This document shows positions 1-9,672 of a DNA stretch of 41,189 bases, one piece after another (within the stretch, counting starts at the first letter, position 1; every line of letters begins with the position of its first letter). Position numbers and translations under genes: made by a program. The notes below the pieces were generated by a model. The model ran no database searches. It was not told where the DNA came from and was given only the letters and a program-made list of their open reading frames with translations. The stretch comes from an uncultured Gammaproteobacteria bacterium (GTDB lineage: Bacteria > Patescibacteriota > Patescibacteriia > UBA1558 > GWA2-36-10), in contig CAYMZA010000003.1 in the NCBI GenBank assembly GCA_964394835.1, positions 1 through 41,189 of the forward strand, written 5' to 3'.

Positions 1-13
1 GAGTTCTTGACAT
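1..13 (-). CDS. fusA: Elongation factor G, 5' end only (runs off the window)
   Basis: ATG TCA AGA ACT (MSRT) starts at 13, directly downstream of rpsL-rpsG. The call rests on str-operon synteny because only 4 codons are visible. Confidence 0.6.
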
Positions 14-31
14 ATTATTATTTTATTTAAC

Positions 32-55
32 AAAAGCAGAATGATAACATTCTGC
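32..55 (-). terminator. Hairpin between rpsG and fusA, possible intrinsic terminator
   Basis: GCAGAATG-4nt-CATTCTGC perfect 8-bp stem followed by TTTTG on the minus strand. Confidence 0.5.
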
Positions 56-71
56 GTTTAACTTATATATT

Positions 72-536
72 TTAAGCAAAGTGAGCAAATGCTTTATTAG
101 CCTCTGCCATTCTTTGTACGTCTTCACGTTTTTTCATAGCCTCACCTTCACCTTTTGAAGCTAAAATTAATTCATCACCTAAACAAATATCCATAGCAGC
201 TCCTTTACGAGAACGGGCAGCTTCTAAAAGCCAACGATGAGCTAATCCTAATCTCCTATCACCCATTACTACTATTGGTACTTGATAGTTAGCCCCACCT
301 ATTCTTCTACCTTTAACTTCTAAATTAGGAGCTACATTTCTAATAGCTGAATCATATACTTCTAAAGGATCTTGTTTTGTTTTATTAGAAATATACTCAA
401 AAGCTTTATAAACAATATTCTGAGCTGTTGTTTTTTTACCTTTTTTAACTATTAAATTAATTAATCTAGCTAAATCAACCCTATCAAATTTAGGATCAGG
501 TGTAATTTTTCTTTTTGGTGCTTGTTTTCCTCTCAT
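72..536 (-). CDS. rpsG: 30S ribosomal protein S7
   Basis: Motifs RRIGGANYQVP and MAEANKAFAHF. Confidence 0.98.
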   Translation of the reverse strand: MRGKQAPKRKITPDPKFDRVDLARLINLIVKKGKKTTAQNIVYKAFEYISNKTKQDPLEVYDSAIRNVAPNLEVKGRRIGGANYQVPIVVMGDRRLGLAHRWLLEAARSRKGAAMDICLGDELILASKGEGEAMKKREDVQRMAEANKAFAHFA

Positions 537-538
537 AT

Positions 539-958
539 TTATTTCTTTTCTTTTTTAGTTCCGTATTTTGATCTACCTTGTTTACGTCCTTCAACTCCTT
601 GAGTATCATACACTCCTCTTACTACATGATAACGTACACCAGCTAAATCTTTAACTCTTCCACCACGAATCAATACAATACTATGTTCTTGTAAATTATG
701 TCCTTCTCCTGGAATGTAAGCTGTAACTTCCATACCATTAGAAAGTCTCACCCTAGCAATTTTACGTAAAGCAGAGTTAGGTTTTTTAGGAGTAACTGTA
801 GTCACCTTTAAACATACTCCTCTTTTAAATGGAGCGCCTTTAGGTAATTCTTTTTTTACTCTTTTCTTACTATTCAAAACAGTATGCAAAGCTCTAGATG
901 CACTCTTTACCTTTGCAGTTTTTCTTGGTTTTTTTAACAATTGATTGATTGTTGGCAT
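539..958 (-). CDS. rpsL: 30S ribosomal protein S12
   Basis: [18 protein letters not shown] and GGRVKDL motifs. Confidence 0.99.
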   Translation of the reverse strand: MPTINQLLKKPRKTAKVKSASRALHTVLNSKKRVKKELPKGAPFKRGVCLKVTTVTPKKPNSALRKIARVRLSNGMEVTAYIPGEGHNLQEHSIVLIRGGRVKDLAGVRYHVVRGVYDTQGVEGRKQGRSKYGTKKEKK

Positions 959-1011
959 ATTTGATTTAATTAATAAATAAATTAAAGCTTTATTACTTTA
1001 AAGTCTTCAAT

Positions 1012-1040
1012 AAAATAGCATAAAAAAGTATAGAAGTCAA
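1012..1040 (-). promoter_or_regulatory. sigma70-type promoter for rpsL
   Basis: TTGACT-N17-TATTTT with an extended -10 TG. Confidence 0.55.
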
Positions 1041-1673
1041 CTATTGTATAAAGTAAAATATCTTATTTATGAAAAAAGTAAAAATACTACTAAATATATT
1101 TAAATTAGAGAAACGATCTAATATAAGTAAACCTATCAATATATACGGTCCATACATAGTTAAATTATTCTTTAAATTATCCATAGTAGAAGGTAATATA
1201 GAGAATAATACCTCAGAACCATCTAATGGTGGTATAGGGATTAAATTAAATACTCCTAATATAAGGTTAATAAGTATTAAATAAAAGAAGAAAAGATTTA
1301 ATAAATTCTCTTCCCCTAAATACGGAGATACCATCTTCCATATAAATATAAATAAAGCTACACTTAAAAAATTAGATAAAGGGCCTGCAAGAGAAACTAG
1401 AGTAGAACCAAAACGTTTTACTTTTAAATTATACGGATTAACAGGAACAGGTTTACCCCAACCAAATCCAGCCATTAATAACATTAAAGTACCAAATACA
1501 TCTAAATGAGCTAAGGGATTTAAAGTTAATCTACCACTTAACTTAGATGTATTATCGCCTAATATAGTAGCCATTAAAGAATGAGAAAACTCATGAATTG
1601 TTAAAGCAAATACTATAGCTAAAACAATTATTATAAACTGTTGTTGGTTTTCAAATAATAAACTTAAAAGCAT
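1041..1673 (-). CDS. Site-2 protease family (M50) intramembrane metalloprotease
   Basis: HEFSH zinc motif, FGWGKPVPVNP, AGPLSN and FNLIPIPPLDG; several TM helices. Confidence 0.93.
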   Translation of the reverse strand: MLLSLLFENQQQFIIIVLAIVFALTIHEFSHSLMATILGDNTSKLSGRLTLNPLAHLDVFGTLMLLMAGFGWGKPVPVNPYNLKVKRFGSTLVSLAGPLSNFLSVALFIFIWKMVSPYLGEENLLNLFFFYLILINLILGVFNLIPIPPLDGSEVLFSILPSTMDNLKNNLTMYGPYILIGLLILDRFSNLNIFSSIFTFFINKIFYFIQ

Positions 1674-1679
1674 ATACTC

Positions 1680-1708
1680 TTTACAAAATTAATTAATTAT
1701 GTTAACAT
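1680..1708 (+). promoter_or_regulatory. sigma70-type promoter for rpmB
   Basis: TTTACA-N17-TAACAT with an extended -10 TG. Confidence 0.45.
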
Positions 1709-1760
1709 AATGCAATGTTACGTTAATTATTATAGCTTAATTAAGTAAAAAAGCAACTAT

Positions 1761-1949
1761 ATGTCTAAAGTATGTGAAATATGTGATCGTAGAGCAATGA
1801 CCGGAAACAGTCGTAGTCACTCTAAGATTTCTAGCAAAAGAAAGATGAGTATTAATTTGCAAAGTAAAAAAATAGATGGCAAGAAAACTACAATTTGTAC
1901 TTCTTGTATTAAAACATTTAACAAGACTCAAAAACAAACAACTATATAA
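1761..1949 (+). CDS. rpmB: 50S ribosomal protein L28 (zinc-ribbon form)
   Basis: MSKVCEIC...GNSRSHS...NLQ...ICTSCIK. Confidence 0.93.
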   Translation: MSKVCEICDRRAMTGNSRSHSKISSKRKMSINLQSKKIDGKKTTICTSCIKTFNKTQKQTTI

Positions 1950-1952
1950 ACT

Positions 1953-1982
1953 AAAAACACTGTTTAACAACAGTGTTTTTTT
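1953..1982. terminator. Bidirectional intrinsic terminator between convergent rpmB and purA
   Basis: AAAAACACTGTT-TAAC-AACAGTGTTTTT(TT). Confidence 0.8.
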
Positions 1983-1986
1983 ATTA

Positions 1987-3492
1987 CTAAATCTTAAATA
2001 TCGTTTGCTCCCTATCAGGACCTACAGAAACTATATCAACATTACCGTTGGTATATTTTTCTATATAATCAATAATATCTTTTACTTCTTTGGGCAAATC
2101 TTCATACATTGTAATATTAGATATATTTACTTCCCAACCCTTAAATTCTTTAAATACAGGTTCACATAAATACAGTATTTCAGAAAAACGAGGAAAGAAA
2201 TCTATAGTGTCACCTTTTTTAATTGTCTTACCCCCATAGAATATATCCTCTCCTATATATTTATATTCCACAACTAATTTAACTTTCTTTAACTTATCTA
2301 AAACATCTACTTTAGTTAAAGTAATGTTCTTACCATTGAATTGCATGGCATACTTTAATGCTACTAAATCTAACCAACCAGTTCTCCTAGTTCTACCTGT
2401 AGTAGCTCCATATTCCCCTCCTAATAGCCTAATACCTACACCCTGTTCAAAACTATCACCTTCTATTAATTCTTCTATCTTATCACTATACTTATCTTTT
2501 TCTTCTTCTTTAGTAACACCCTTACTACAATATTCTTCACTATTATCTCCTAGCTCAGAAGGAAAAGGACCGTTACCAACTCTTGTCATATAAAAAGCTT
2601 TAGTAATACCAAATACATGATCTACATTACTCATTAATATCCCAGAACCTTTAGCTAATCCAGATATAGTTGGGTCAGAAGAAGTCTGATATTTAGTAGT
2701 TCCATAGTCTATACTCAGTAAAGCACCTTGAGCACCTTCTAAAAGTATCTTTTTTTTATTAAACAAAGCTTTATTAACAAACTGTTCTAAGTCTATAACT
2801 GAAGGTTTTAATCTATCAGCATAATCTACTGTATATTTTTCTATAATACTATCTATATTTAATATATTCTTTTCATCAAAGAATATTCCATTTTCTAAAT
2901 GTTTATGACTTAAAACTTCTTTAGCTACATCTTTATCTAAAGAAGATAATATTCTTTTCTTATTATCTAAAAACTTTTCTAACTTTCCTTTAAATATATC
3001 TTTATTAAACATATCATTAACAAATAATGAATGCCTAGCATAGAAATCTGTATACAAAGGACCAATACCTCTTCCTGTAGTACCTATCTTAGCCTTTTTA
3101 TCACTTATCCTATCAATTAGAAGATGGTAAGGAAGCATTAAAGGAGCTTGATGACTAATCTTAAAATTATTAACTTCAATATTATTATCTTTTAAAACAT
3201 CTAATTCTTGTATTATAACCCTAGGATCAAAAGCTACTCCTCTACCAATTACATTAATCTTATTATCCTTATCATGTAATATACCAGAAGGAATTAAATG
3301 AAATATATACTCATTACCACTTACTACTATAGTATGTCCTGCATTAGCACCTCCCGTACCTCTTATAATAATATCTGCCCAAGAAGATAATAGGTCTACT
3401 AACTTACCTTTACCTGTATCACCCCACTGATTACAAACAACAGCTACACACTGTTTATCATCCATTAACTTTTTAAATAATTCTTTATTCAT
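1987..3492 (-). CDS. purA: Adenylosuccinate synthetase (long variant)
   Basis: QWGDTGKGK, GGANAGHT, IGTTGRGIGP, EGAQG, TRVGNGPFP and EYGATTGRTRRTGWLD motifs. Confidence 0.95.
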   Translation of the reverse strand: MNKELFKKLMDDKQCVAVVCNQWGDTGKGKLVDLLSSWADIIIRGTGGANAGHTIVVSGNEYIFHLIPSGILHDKDNKINVIGRGVAFDPRVIIQELDVLKDNNIEVNNFKISHQAPLMLPYHLLIDRISDKKAKIGTTGRGIGPLYTDFYARHSLFVNDMFNKDIFKGKLEKFLDNKKRILSSLDKDVAKEVLSHKHLENGIFFDEKNILNIDSIIEKYTVDYADRLKPSVIDLEQFVNKALFNKKKILLEGAQGALLSIDYGTTKYQTSSDPTISGLAKGSGILMSNVDHVFGITKAFYMTRVGNGPFPSELGDNSEEYCSKGVTKEEEKDKYSDKIEELIEGDSFEQGVGIRLLGGEYGATTGRTRRTGWLDLVALKYAMQFNGKNITLTKVDVLDKLKKVKLVVEYKYIGEDIFYGGKTIKKGDTIDFFPRFSEILYLCEPVFKEFKGWEVNISNITMYEDLPKEVKDIIDYIEKYTNGNVDIVSVGPDREQTIFKI

Positions 3493-3513
3493 ATTATTAT
3501 ATATTATACATAT

Positions 3514-3542
3514 ATTTTATATAAAAGTGGTAAAAAAAGCAA
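3514..3542 (-). promoter_or_regulatory. sigma70-type promoter for purA
   Basis: TTGCTT-N17-TAAAAT. Confidence 0.5.
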
Positions 3543-3545
3543 AAC

Positions 3546-3588
3546 AAAAAGACGTTTCTATCGCTATTATACAAATAAAACGCCTTTT
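3546..3588 (-). terminator. Intrinsic terminator downstream of the 6S-like RNA
   Basis: GGCGTTTTAT...ATAGAAACGTC stem followed by TTTTTGTTTT. Confidence 0.6.
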
Positions 3589-3635
3589 CGTAAGTCATCG
3601 ATTTGATGCATATTTTTTTCTGTTAGACGACTTAA

Positions 3636-3775
3636 AGAGTTCTAAACTTTAAATAATTCTTAATTCCTGCTAAACAGGTGGGTGTCCTCACATTAAAACC
3701 ACGATTCTAATAAATATTGAACTCCCTTTACATTAAGGTTGTAGAATTATATTTTTATCTAAAGTACTGAACTCT
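3636..3775 (-). ncRNA. ssrS: 6S RNA (compact, about 140 nt)
   Basis: Rod-like fold: AGAGUUC/GAACUCU, ACUUUAGAUAA/UUAUUUAAAGU, UAAUUCU/GGAAUUA, central bubble, GGGAGUUC/GGACACCC, terminal AUUAGAAU/GUUUUAAU. The 3' bubble motif CACCCACCUG..GCAGG resembles Firmicutes-type 6S. It has its own promoter and terminator. Confidence 0.72.
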
Positions 3776-3781
3776 ACTATT

Positions 3782-3810
3782 AGTTTATCATTTATATATA
3801 ATTCAAGCAA
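3782..3810 (-). promoter_or_regulatory. Promoter of the 6S-like RNA
   Basis: TTGCTT-N17-TAAACT with extended TG. The predicted start (about 3775) coincides with the first base of the closing stem. Confidence 0.65.
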
Positions 3811-3825
3811 ATGTGTATAACTATA

Positions 3826-4404
3826 TTAGTCTATAAATCTTTTGTAATCAAATACTACTTTCCTATTACCAAACCAATGCTTAATTTCATGTTCTGCTTC
3901 TTCTACTGTTTCAGATGCATGAATTAAATTCATAACAGCTCTTTTTTCTGTATTAGCTACTGCTGGAGAATCAGCAGAAAAATCTCCTCTAATTGTACCC
4001 ATATCTGCTAAGTATGGTAATGTAGCACCACAAATCTTACGAACCATATCTACAGCATGAATACCTTCTACTACCATACGAACTAATGGAGCTGAAGTCA
4101 TATATTCTACTAACCAAGCTCTTACTAACTTACCTATTTCTAAATCATCTTCTACTCCCAATTCATCTTTAGCTTTTAAGCCATATTTTTCATATGTAGA
4201 TAATGTTTTTTGACCCAATCTTCTAATCCATTTTTCATCTTTAGGATAATGATTATCAATATCATCATGTGTTGCTTGAAACATTTCTAAGGCAACAACT
4301 TTTAAATCTCTTTGCTCAAAACGCTTAATAATATCCCCTATTAAACCCTTTTTAACACCATCAGGTTTAATCATTGCAAATGTTCTTTCATTCTTAAAAC
4401 TCAT
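3826..4404 (-). CDS. ndk: Nucleoside-diphosphate kinase
   Basis: ERTFAMIKPDGV, GTIRGDF and NLIHAS (catalytic His); carries an internal insertion. Confidence 0.95.
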   Translation of the reverse strand: MSFKNERTFAMIKPDGVKKGLIGDIIKRFEQRDLKVVALEMFQATHDDIDNHYPKDEKWIRRLGQKTLSTYEKYGLKAKDELGVEDDLEIGKLVRAWLVEYMTSAPLVRMVVEGIHAVDMVRKICGATLPYLADMGTIRGDFSADSPAVANTEKRAVMNLIHASETVEEAEHEIKHWFGNRKVVFDYKRFID

Positions 4405-4409
4405 AATAT

Positions 4410-4787
4410 TTATATTAATTCTTTTTTAACTCTTTCTACTACTTCTGCTGGAGTAGTATTTGCTTTAACTAAATAACCTATAGCTCCATCTTGTTTACCT
4501 TTTTCAATGTCTTCTTCTTGACCCAAATTAGTTAATAGTATTACAGGTATACCCTTTGTCTTATCATTAGCTTTTAAAGCTTTCAAAACAGCAAAACCAT
4601 CCATCTTAGGCATTATGATATCAAGAAGTATAAAATCAGGATTTACTTCTTCACTTAATTTTAACCCTTCTGCACCATCTAGAGCCTTAACAATATCAAA
4701 ACCTTCATTTTGAAACTTAGTCTCATACATATTAGCTAACATTTCTTCATCTTCAATTAGAAGAATTTTCTTTTTTTTATTTGCCAT
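4410..4787 (-). CDS. Stand-alone response regulator receiver protein
   Basis: ILLIEDE, LLDIIMPKMDG, LTNL and YLVK; no output domain. Confidence 0.93.
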   Translation of the reverse strand: MANKKKKILLIEDEEMLANMYETKFQNEGFDIVKALDGAEGLKLSEEVNPDFILLDIIMPKMDGFAVLKALKANDKTKGIPVILLTNLGQEEDIEKGKQDGAIGYLVKANTTPAEVVERVKKELI

Positions 4788-4828
4788 AATATTATATTAA
4801 TAATATATACATTATACTTTACTTTTAG

Positions 4829-5638
4829 TTAAAAATCAACCCAATACTCATTACCATCACTAGTTAAGGTTATGGTATTATTGAATTGAGTATTATATAT
4901 TTCACAACCTATACCTTCTAATCTTTCTACAGCTTCTTTATGAGGATGACCAAAACTATTATCTCTGCCAGACTGTATAATACAAACTTTAGGTTGTATA
5001 GCTTCAAGAAACTCCTTAGAAGAAGACCATCGACTACCATGATGCCCTACTTTAAGTATTTCTGATCCTAAATCTTTGTTTAGAATAGTTTTTTCTTGCA
5101 CAGAAGTTAAATCACCAGTAAACAGTATCTTTGTGTTATAGTATTTAAACTTTAATACTATAGAATTATCATTATAGTCTTCATGAATACAATCAGCTAA
5201 AATAATATCAAAGTATACACCCTCAGATATTTGAAACCTATCACCTTGATTAACTACAGTTACTGTATAGTTATATTCTTTTAACTTATTCATAAATACA
5301 TGGTAAAGAAAATCATCTGGCCGATGATCAGTAACCAATACTTCCCCTATTTCATACTTATTAATTAATTCAATAAATCCTACAAAATGATCTGCATGAT
5401 AATGAGATATAACTAAATAATCTATTTTTCTTTCATGCCAAGGTAATCCTTCACCTAATTCATGTAATAGTAGATTATTAGGACCTCCATCTATTAATAT
5501 ATTCAAATCATTAACAGATACCAATATACTATCTCCTTGACCTATGTCTAAGAAACTAACTTTAAGATTATTTTCCTCTTTTAAAGAAAAAAGAAGGAAT
5601 GATAATGTTAATAATATAATTATTATATATTTATTCAT
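4829..5638 (-). CDS. ComEC-type metallo-beta-lactamase-fold nuclease (split C-terminal half)
   Basis: FLDIGQGDS, LIDGGP, SHYHADH, FTGD, KVGHHGS and FGHPH motifs; overlaps the comEC stop. Confidence 0.92.
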   Translation of the reverse strand: MNKYIIIILLTLSFLLFSLKEENNLKVSFLDIGQGDSILVSVNDLNILIDGGPNNLLLHELGEGLPWHERKIDYLVISHYHADHFVGFIELINKYEIGEVLVTDHRPDDFLYHVFMNKLKEYNYTVTVVNQGDRFQISEGVYFDIILADCIHEDYNDNSIVLKFKYYNTKILFTGDLTSVQEKTILNKDLGSEILKVGHHGSRWSSSKEFLEAIQPKVCIIQSGRDNSFGHPHKEAVERLEGIGCEIYNTQFNNTITLTSDGNEYWVDF

Positions 5639-7076
5639 AGTTATATGGTTTAAGAATAATTGTTAAAAGAATCATTATTACAAAACTAGAAAAAAGATAA
5701 AAAGAATTAAAATTATTTAACTCAAGAAAAGAAAAAGGAATAGATATGAAAAACTTAGATATTACAACCATAGCTTTTAATAGTATAAACAAAGGCCATG
5801 ATATAATACTCAAAGAAGAAAAAGATAAAAGAAAACTTAAAACTATAACTAAAGGTAGTATGGGTAGTATAATTATATTACTAAGAGGAGAAACTAAAGA
5901 TAAAATATTAAAATGATAAACTATTAAAGGCCAAGTAAAAACTTGAGCAGATAAAGTTACAGATACTACTTCTCGTATATGAAATATTTTTGGTACAAAT
6001 ATTAAGATGGTATTAAAAAACTTAATGTATAATAGCAATCCCAAAACAGCCAAGAATGATAATTGAAAACCAATATCATATAGTAGTAGATATGGATTAA
6101 AAAAAATAAAAAGATCTGCTAAAAAAATTAAAGTAAATAAAGAAACTGCTTTTCTTTTTAAAAATGATCCTAAAAGAAATAATACAACCATAGAACTAGC
6201 TCTTAAAGCAGAACTAGGAAAATTTAATAATACAAGGTAAGCAAAAAGTAAAAAAAGAAGAAGGTAAAATATAAACTTTCTACTTAAACCTAAGAAAATA
6301 AAAATAGCTTGTAAAAGAAAAACTATAATAGCTATATGCATTCCAGATATCGCTATAACGTGGCTTAAACCTACTCTAGCGAATATATCGCGTAAGTTAG
6401 TACTAATCTCTCTTCTACTAGCAAAAACTATGGCCTTAGATAGACTAGAAGCAGGCTCTACTAAATTATTATTGAGATTAGATAATAGTTTTTGTTTACT
6501 TTGAAGAAAATAGTTTTTAATACTATTATCTTGAGATATAATTTTAATCCTAGGTCTAAAACAAGATCCAAATATTCTATCTTTAGCTAAATATTTATCA
6601 TAATGAAATATCTTACCTTTTTCATCTACTATAATCTCTGGTTTATACACCTTACAACTAATTTCTAACACATTAGTATAGCTATACTCTGGATATAACG
6701 ATGTGTATACAAGAAGTTTACCAGAAAAACTATTCAAATCTTTTGGTTTGACTTTAATCTGCCAACCATTATTTTTCTTATCCAAAAATTCAATACTAGC
6801 TGTAAAAGTATAGTAACCATCATAAACAAAAGTATTATTAACTTCTATACTAGTAAAATAATAAAAACGAAGACAAGATAATATAATTATTGTAAGGAAT
6901 ATAAAGTAACGAGAATAACTTAAACTTATAACACTTAAAAAAAGAAAGATAAAAAGATAAAATAAATACTCTTTAACAAGAGTATGAAAATAATCTAAAG
7001 ATAGAAAAGAAAGTAAATAAAAATTACTTAATAAAAATATAATACTTAAAATAATGAAAAATCTACTTTTCTTCAT
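5631..7076 (-). CDS. comEC: ComEC/Rec2 competence channel (membrane half)
   Basis: GLSHVIAISGMHI, SALRA and DIGFQLSFLAVLGL motifs; many TM helices. Confidence 0.92.
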   Translation of the reverse strand: MKKSRFFIILSIIFLLSNFYLLSFLSLDYFHTLVKEYLFYLFIFLFLSVISLSYSRYFIFLTIIILSCLRFYYFTSIEVNNTFVYDGYYTFTASIEFLDKKNNGWQIKVKPKDLNSFSGKLLVYTSLYPEYSYTNVLEISCKVYKPEIIVDEKGKIFHYDKYLAKDRIFGSCFRPRIKIISQDNSIKNYFLQSKQKLLSNLNNNLVEPASSLSKAIVFASRREISTNLRDIFARVGLSHVIAISGMHIAIIVFLLQAIFIFLGLSRKFIFYLLLFLLFAYLVLLNFPSSALRASSMVVLFLLGSFLKRKAVSLFTLIFLADLFIFFNPYLLLYDIGFQLSFLAVLGLLLYIKFFNTILIFVPKIFHIREVVSVTLSAQVFTWPLIVYHFNILSLVSPLSNIIILPILPLVIVLSFLLSFSSLSIISWPLFILLKAMVVISKFFISIPFSFLELNNFNSFYLFSSFVIMILLTIILKPYNYE

Positions 7077-7133
7077 CGCTTTTCTTTAAACTAAGTATAT
7101 CTAAACTAAAATATGTATTTTAGTCAAACAAAG

Positions 7134-7153
7134 TACTACCATAAAAGGTAGTA
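7134..7153 (-). terminator. Hairpin after the antiporter gene
   Basis: TACTACC-6nt-GGTAGTA followed by CTTTGTTT on the minus strand. Confidence 0.4.
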
Positions 7154-7172
7154 TCTAAATTATTGCTTTTAT

Positions 7173-8183
7173 TTAAAATATATTAAATAATTTTCCAACG
7201 AATACAAAATAAATTAAAATAAACATACATGCTTCCATTTTTGTTACTTTCTTGTCTATAAACACAAGCCACATCAAGAAGAAAGATCCTACTAAGAAAG
7301 AAGATAAAATAATAAATAAATCATGACTAATTGTCAAAGGTGTAAATAAACTAACAGCTCCAAAAATTACAAAAATATCAAATATATTGGAACCAATAAT
7401 ATCACCAATAACCATATCAAAATTACCCCGTCTAGCAGCTGAGGTTGCTACAAATATTTCTGGTAATGATGTACCTAAAGCTACTAATGTAGCTGCTATT
7501 ACAGAAGTACCAAAACCTAACATATTAGCAATATTAATAACAGCATCTACTACAAAATTTGATGACACAGCTACCATTATTAAACTTAAAAATAGGAAAA
7601 AAATAATTTTAACAATTGGTTTCTTCAATTTTCCTTTAATACCTTCTTTTTTCTCTATTTCTTCAACATCACTTTTAATTTCTTTTTTTAATTGTTTTTC
7701 ATAGTCTTCTTTTGTCGATTTCTTATTTATCTTTTTAATGCGATAAGCATAAATCACATAAATAATATATCCTAATAAGAATAAAACACCTTCTATAGCA
7801 TTAAACTTACCATCAGATAAGGAAAAAACAACTAATAATATAGCTGCTGCAAAAAACGGCATATCATTAGAAACTATATCCCAATCAAAAATAGCCTTTT
7901 TCTTAGAAAGAATAACCGCTATACCTAAACCAAGCAAAATATTAACTATTACTGTACCAAGTACATTACCGCTTAAAAACTCTGCTTCTCCGCTACTAAC
8001 ACCAACTACAGAAGTAGCAAGCTCTGGTAATGATGTACCTATAGCTACTATTAAAACGCCTACAACAAAATTAGGTAATTTTAATATTTTACCTAATGCT
8101 TCTGCATAATCTGTAAAATAATCAGCAGATTTTATAAGAGCCCACAAAGAGGCTGTAAAAACAATAAACCAGATAACAAGCAT
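7173..8183 (-). CDS. Calcium/sodium antiporter (CaCA, YrbG-like)
   Basis: Two GTSLPE alpha-repeats and GNVLGT/GDIIGSNI. Confidence 0.93.
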   Translation of the reverse strand: MLVIWFIVFTASLWALIKSADYFTDYAEALGKILKLPNFVVGVLIVAIGTSLPELATSVVGVSSGEAEFLSGNVLGTVIVNILLGLGIAVILSKKKAIFDWDIVSNDMPFFAAAILLVVFSLSDGKFNAIEGVLFLLGYIIYVIYAYRIKKINKKSTKEDYEKQLKKEIKSDVEEIEKKEGIKGKLKKPIVKIIFFLFLSLIMVAVSSNFVVDAVINIANMLGFGTSVIAATLVALGTSLPEIFVATSAARRGNFDMVIGDIIGSNIFDIFVIFGAVSLFTPLTISHDLFIILSSFLVGSFFLMWLVFIDKKVTKMEACMFILIYFVFVGKLFNIF

Positions 8184-8210
8184 AAAAAAATATTTAATTA
8201 TTTATATATT

Positions 8211-9635
8211 TTAAAATGAAGATAAAATTACTGGATCTAAAGGTAAGTATGGTAACATATCTTCATTGTATTCATTATCATCAAAAAACCATAATATATT
8301 ATCAAATAATAATTTTACAATAGAACCATTTTCTACTTCAGAAACATTAATTAATATTTCAATAACCACACCCTCTTTATCAATATCTAAAGAATTATTA
8401 ATAGTTAATATATTATTATTAAAAGTAAAATTATTTATTTTATTATTATTGATATATATTTCTATGTCTTCAAGATTAGTAGCAACACTTTCTAAAAACC
8501 AAGAAAGTTTTTTCAACTCAATGCTATCATTAACACTTTTAATACTAATCTCTTTTATGGTATTCCAACCCTCAGATAAACTAGTATACTTATTATTATC
8601 TTCTATTATTAAAAAATTATCTTTAACATATATATCACCTAAAAATAACTTATCATCTATATTAATATCTGAACCAGAAGAAAAACCAATACCATTAATG
8701 CTATTTAATACAAAACTATATTTACCTTTCAATAGTTTAGAAGTATGCAATTGTAAACTAATATCTTCTTTATTATTCAAAACTAAAATATCATCTAAAA
8801 TAAAATCTATAATTCCATCTTTTTGATTATAATAACCCTGAGAGATAGCTAAACCATTATTTAATAAAACAAACAATGAAGCATCAAGATATTCTTCTGT
8901 TTCACAAGTAATACTTAAATTATAAATATCTACAGCTTCAGTTAAACTTCCCAGAGAAAAAGAAACTAATTTATGAGAAATATTACTAGGCAAGAAAAAA
9001 GGATAAAAATTATCAAGATAAGTATATATACTACCTTTATCAACAAAAGAAATTAAACCACTCTTTAAGGGAAAGGTAGCATCTGGTGTAAATAAAGATT
9101 TATCCATACCATGACTTAAAACAATACTAAATGGATCTTCAAAACTAAATTGTATAATATCTCCTATATTTACATCAGAAGATGGTATTATAAAACTAAA
9201 AGTATTGTTACCATTGGATAAAGAATAATTATCTAAATCAAAATATAAGTATCCATAATTATCAAATACAGCATCATAACCTAATTGAACACCATTATGA
9301 TATATTTTTAAATCATTAAAAATTGTAGACTTATATAATCCTTGAACATATATTTTTAATTTTTGAAGAAAAGTATTATTATCTTTAGCTAAAATATTAA
9401 ATTCAAAAATGGAAGTATTTCCTACACTAGGAACCATACTATTATCTTTAGAGTTTACTTGAACTTCTGCTTTATTAAAAGTATAGCTATAAGCTGATGT
9501 AAGTGGTCCTTTATCTATCCCTAATGATGATATAAAAATACCTACTGCTATTAATAATGCAATAATATAAAAAGTAAGGCTAGTCTTTCTACTAGATTCT
9601 TTTTGAACTATATTTGGTATTAAATGCTCAAACAT
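8211..9635 (-). CDS. Hypothetical membrane-anchored protein, beta-rich extracellular region
   Basis: 474-aa ORF with one N-terminal TM helix followed by roughly three Ig/S-layer-like beta segments; no family recognised. Confidence 0.6.
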   Translation of the reverse strand: MFEHLIPNIVQKESSRKTSLTFYIIALLIAVGIFISSLGIDKGPLTSAYSYTFNKAEVQVNSKDNSMVPSVGNTSIFEFNILAKDNNTFLQKLKIYVQGLYKSTIFNDLKIYHNGVQLGYDAVFDNYGYLYFDLDNYSLSNGNNTFSFIIPSSDVNIGDIIQFSFEDPFSIVLSHGMDKSLFTPDATFPLKSGLISFVDKGSIYTYLDNFYPFFLPSNISHKLVSFSLGSLTEAVDIYNLSITCETEEYLDASLFVLLNNGLAISQGYYNQKDGIIDFILDDILVLNNKEDISLQLHTSKLLKGKYSFVLNSINGIGFSSGSDINIDDKLFLGDIYVKDNFLIIEDNNKYTSLSEGWNTIKEISIKSVNDSIELKKLSWFLESVATNLEDIEIYINNNKINNFTFNNNILTINNSLDIDKEGVVIEILINVSEVENGSIVKLLFDNILWFFDDNEYNEDMLPYLPLDPVILSSF

Positions 9636-9672
9636 ATGTATATTATACTATATATACAAAATAAAGTAAAAA

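Noticed and set aside
4829-7076. Split comEC as a frameshifted pseudogene
   Set aside because: The second ORF has its own start and hydrophobic leader and all catalytic motifs are intact; a two-gene ComEC is a known arrangement.
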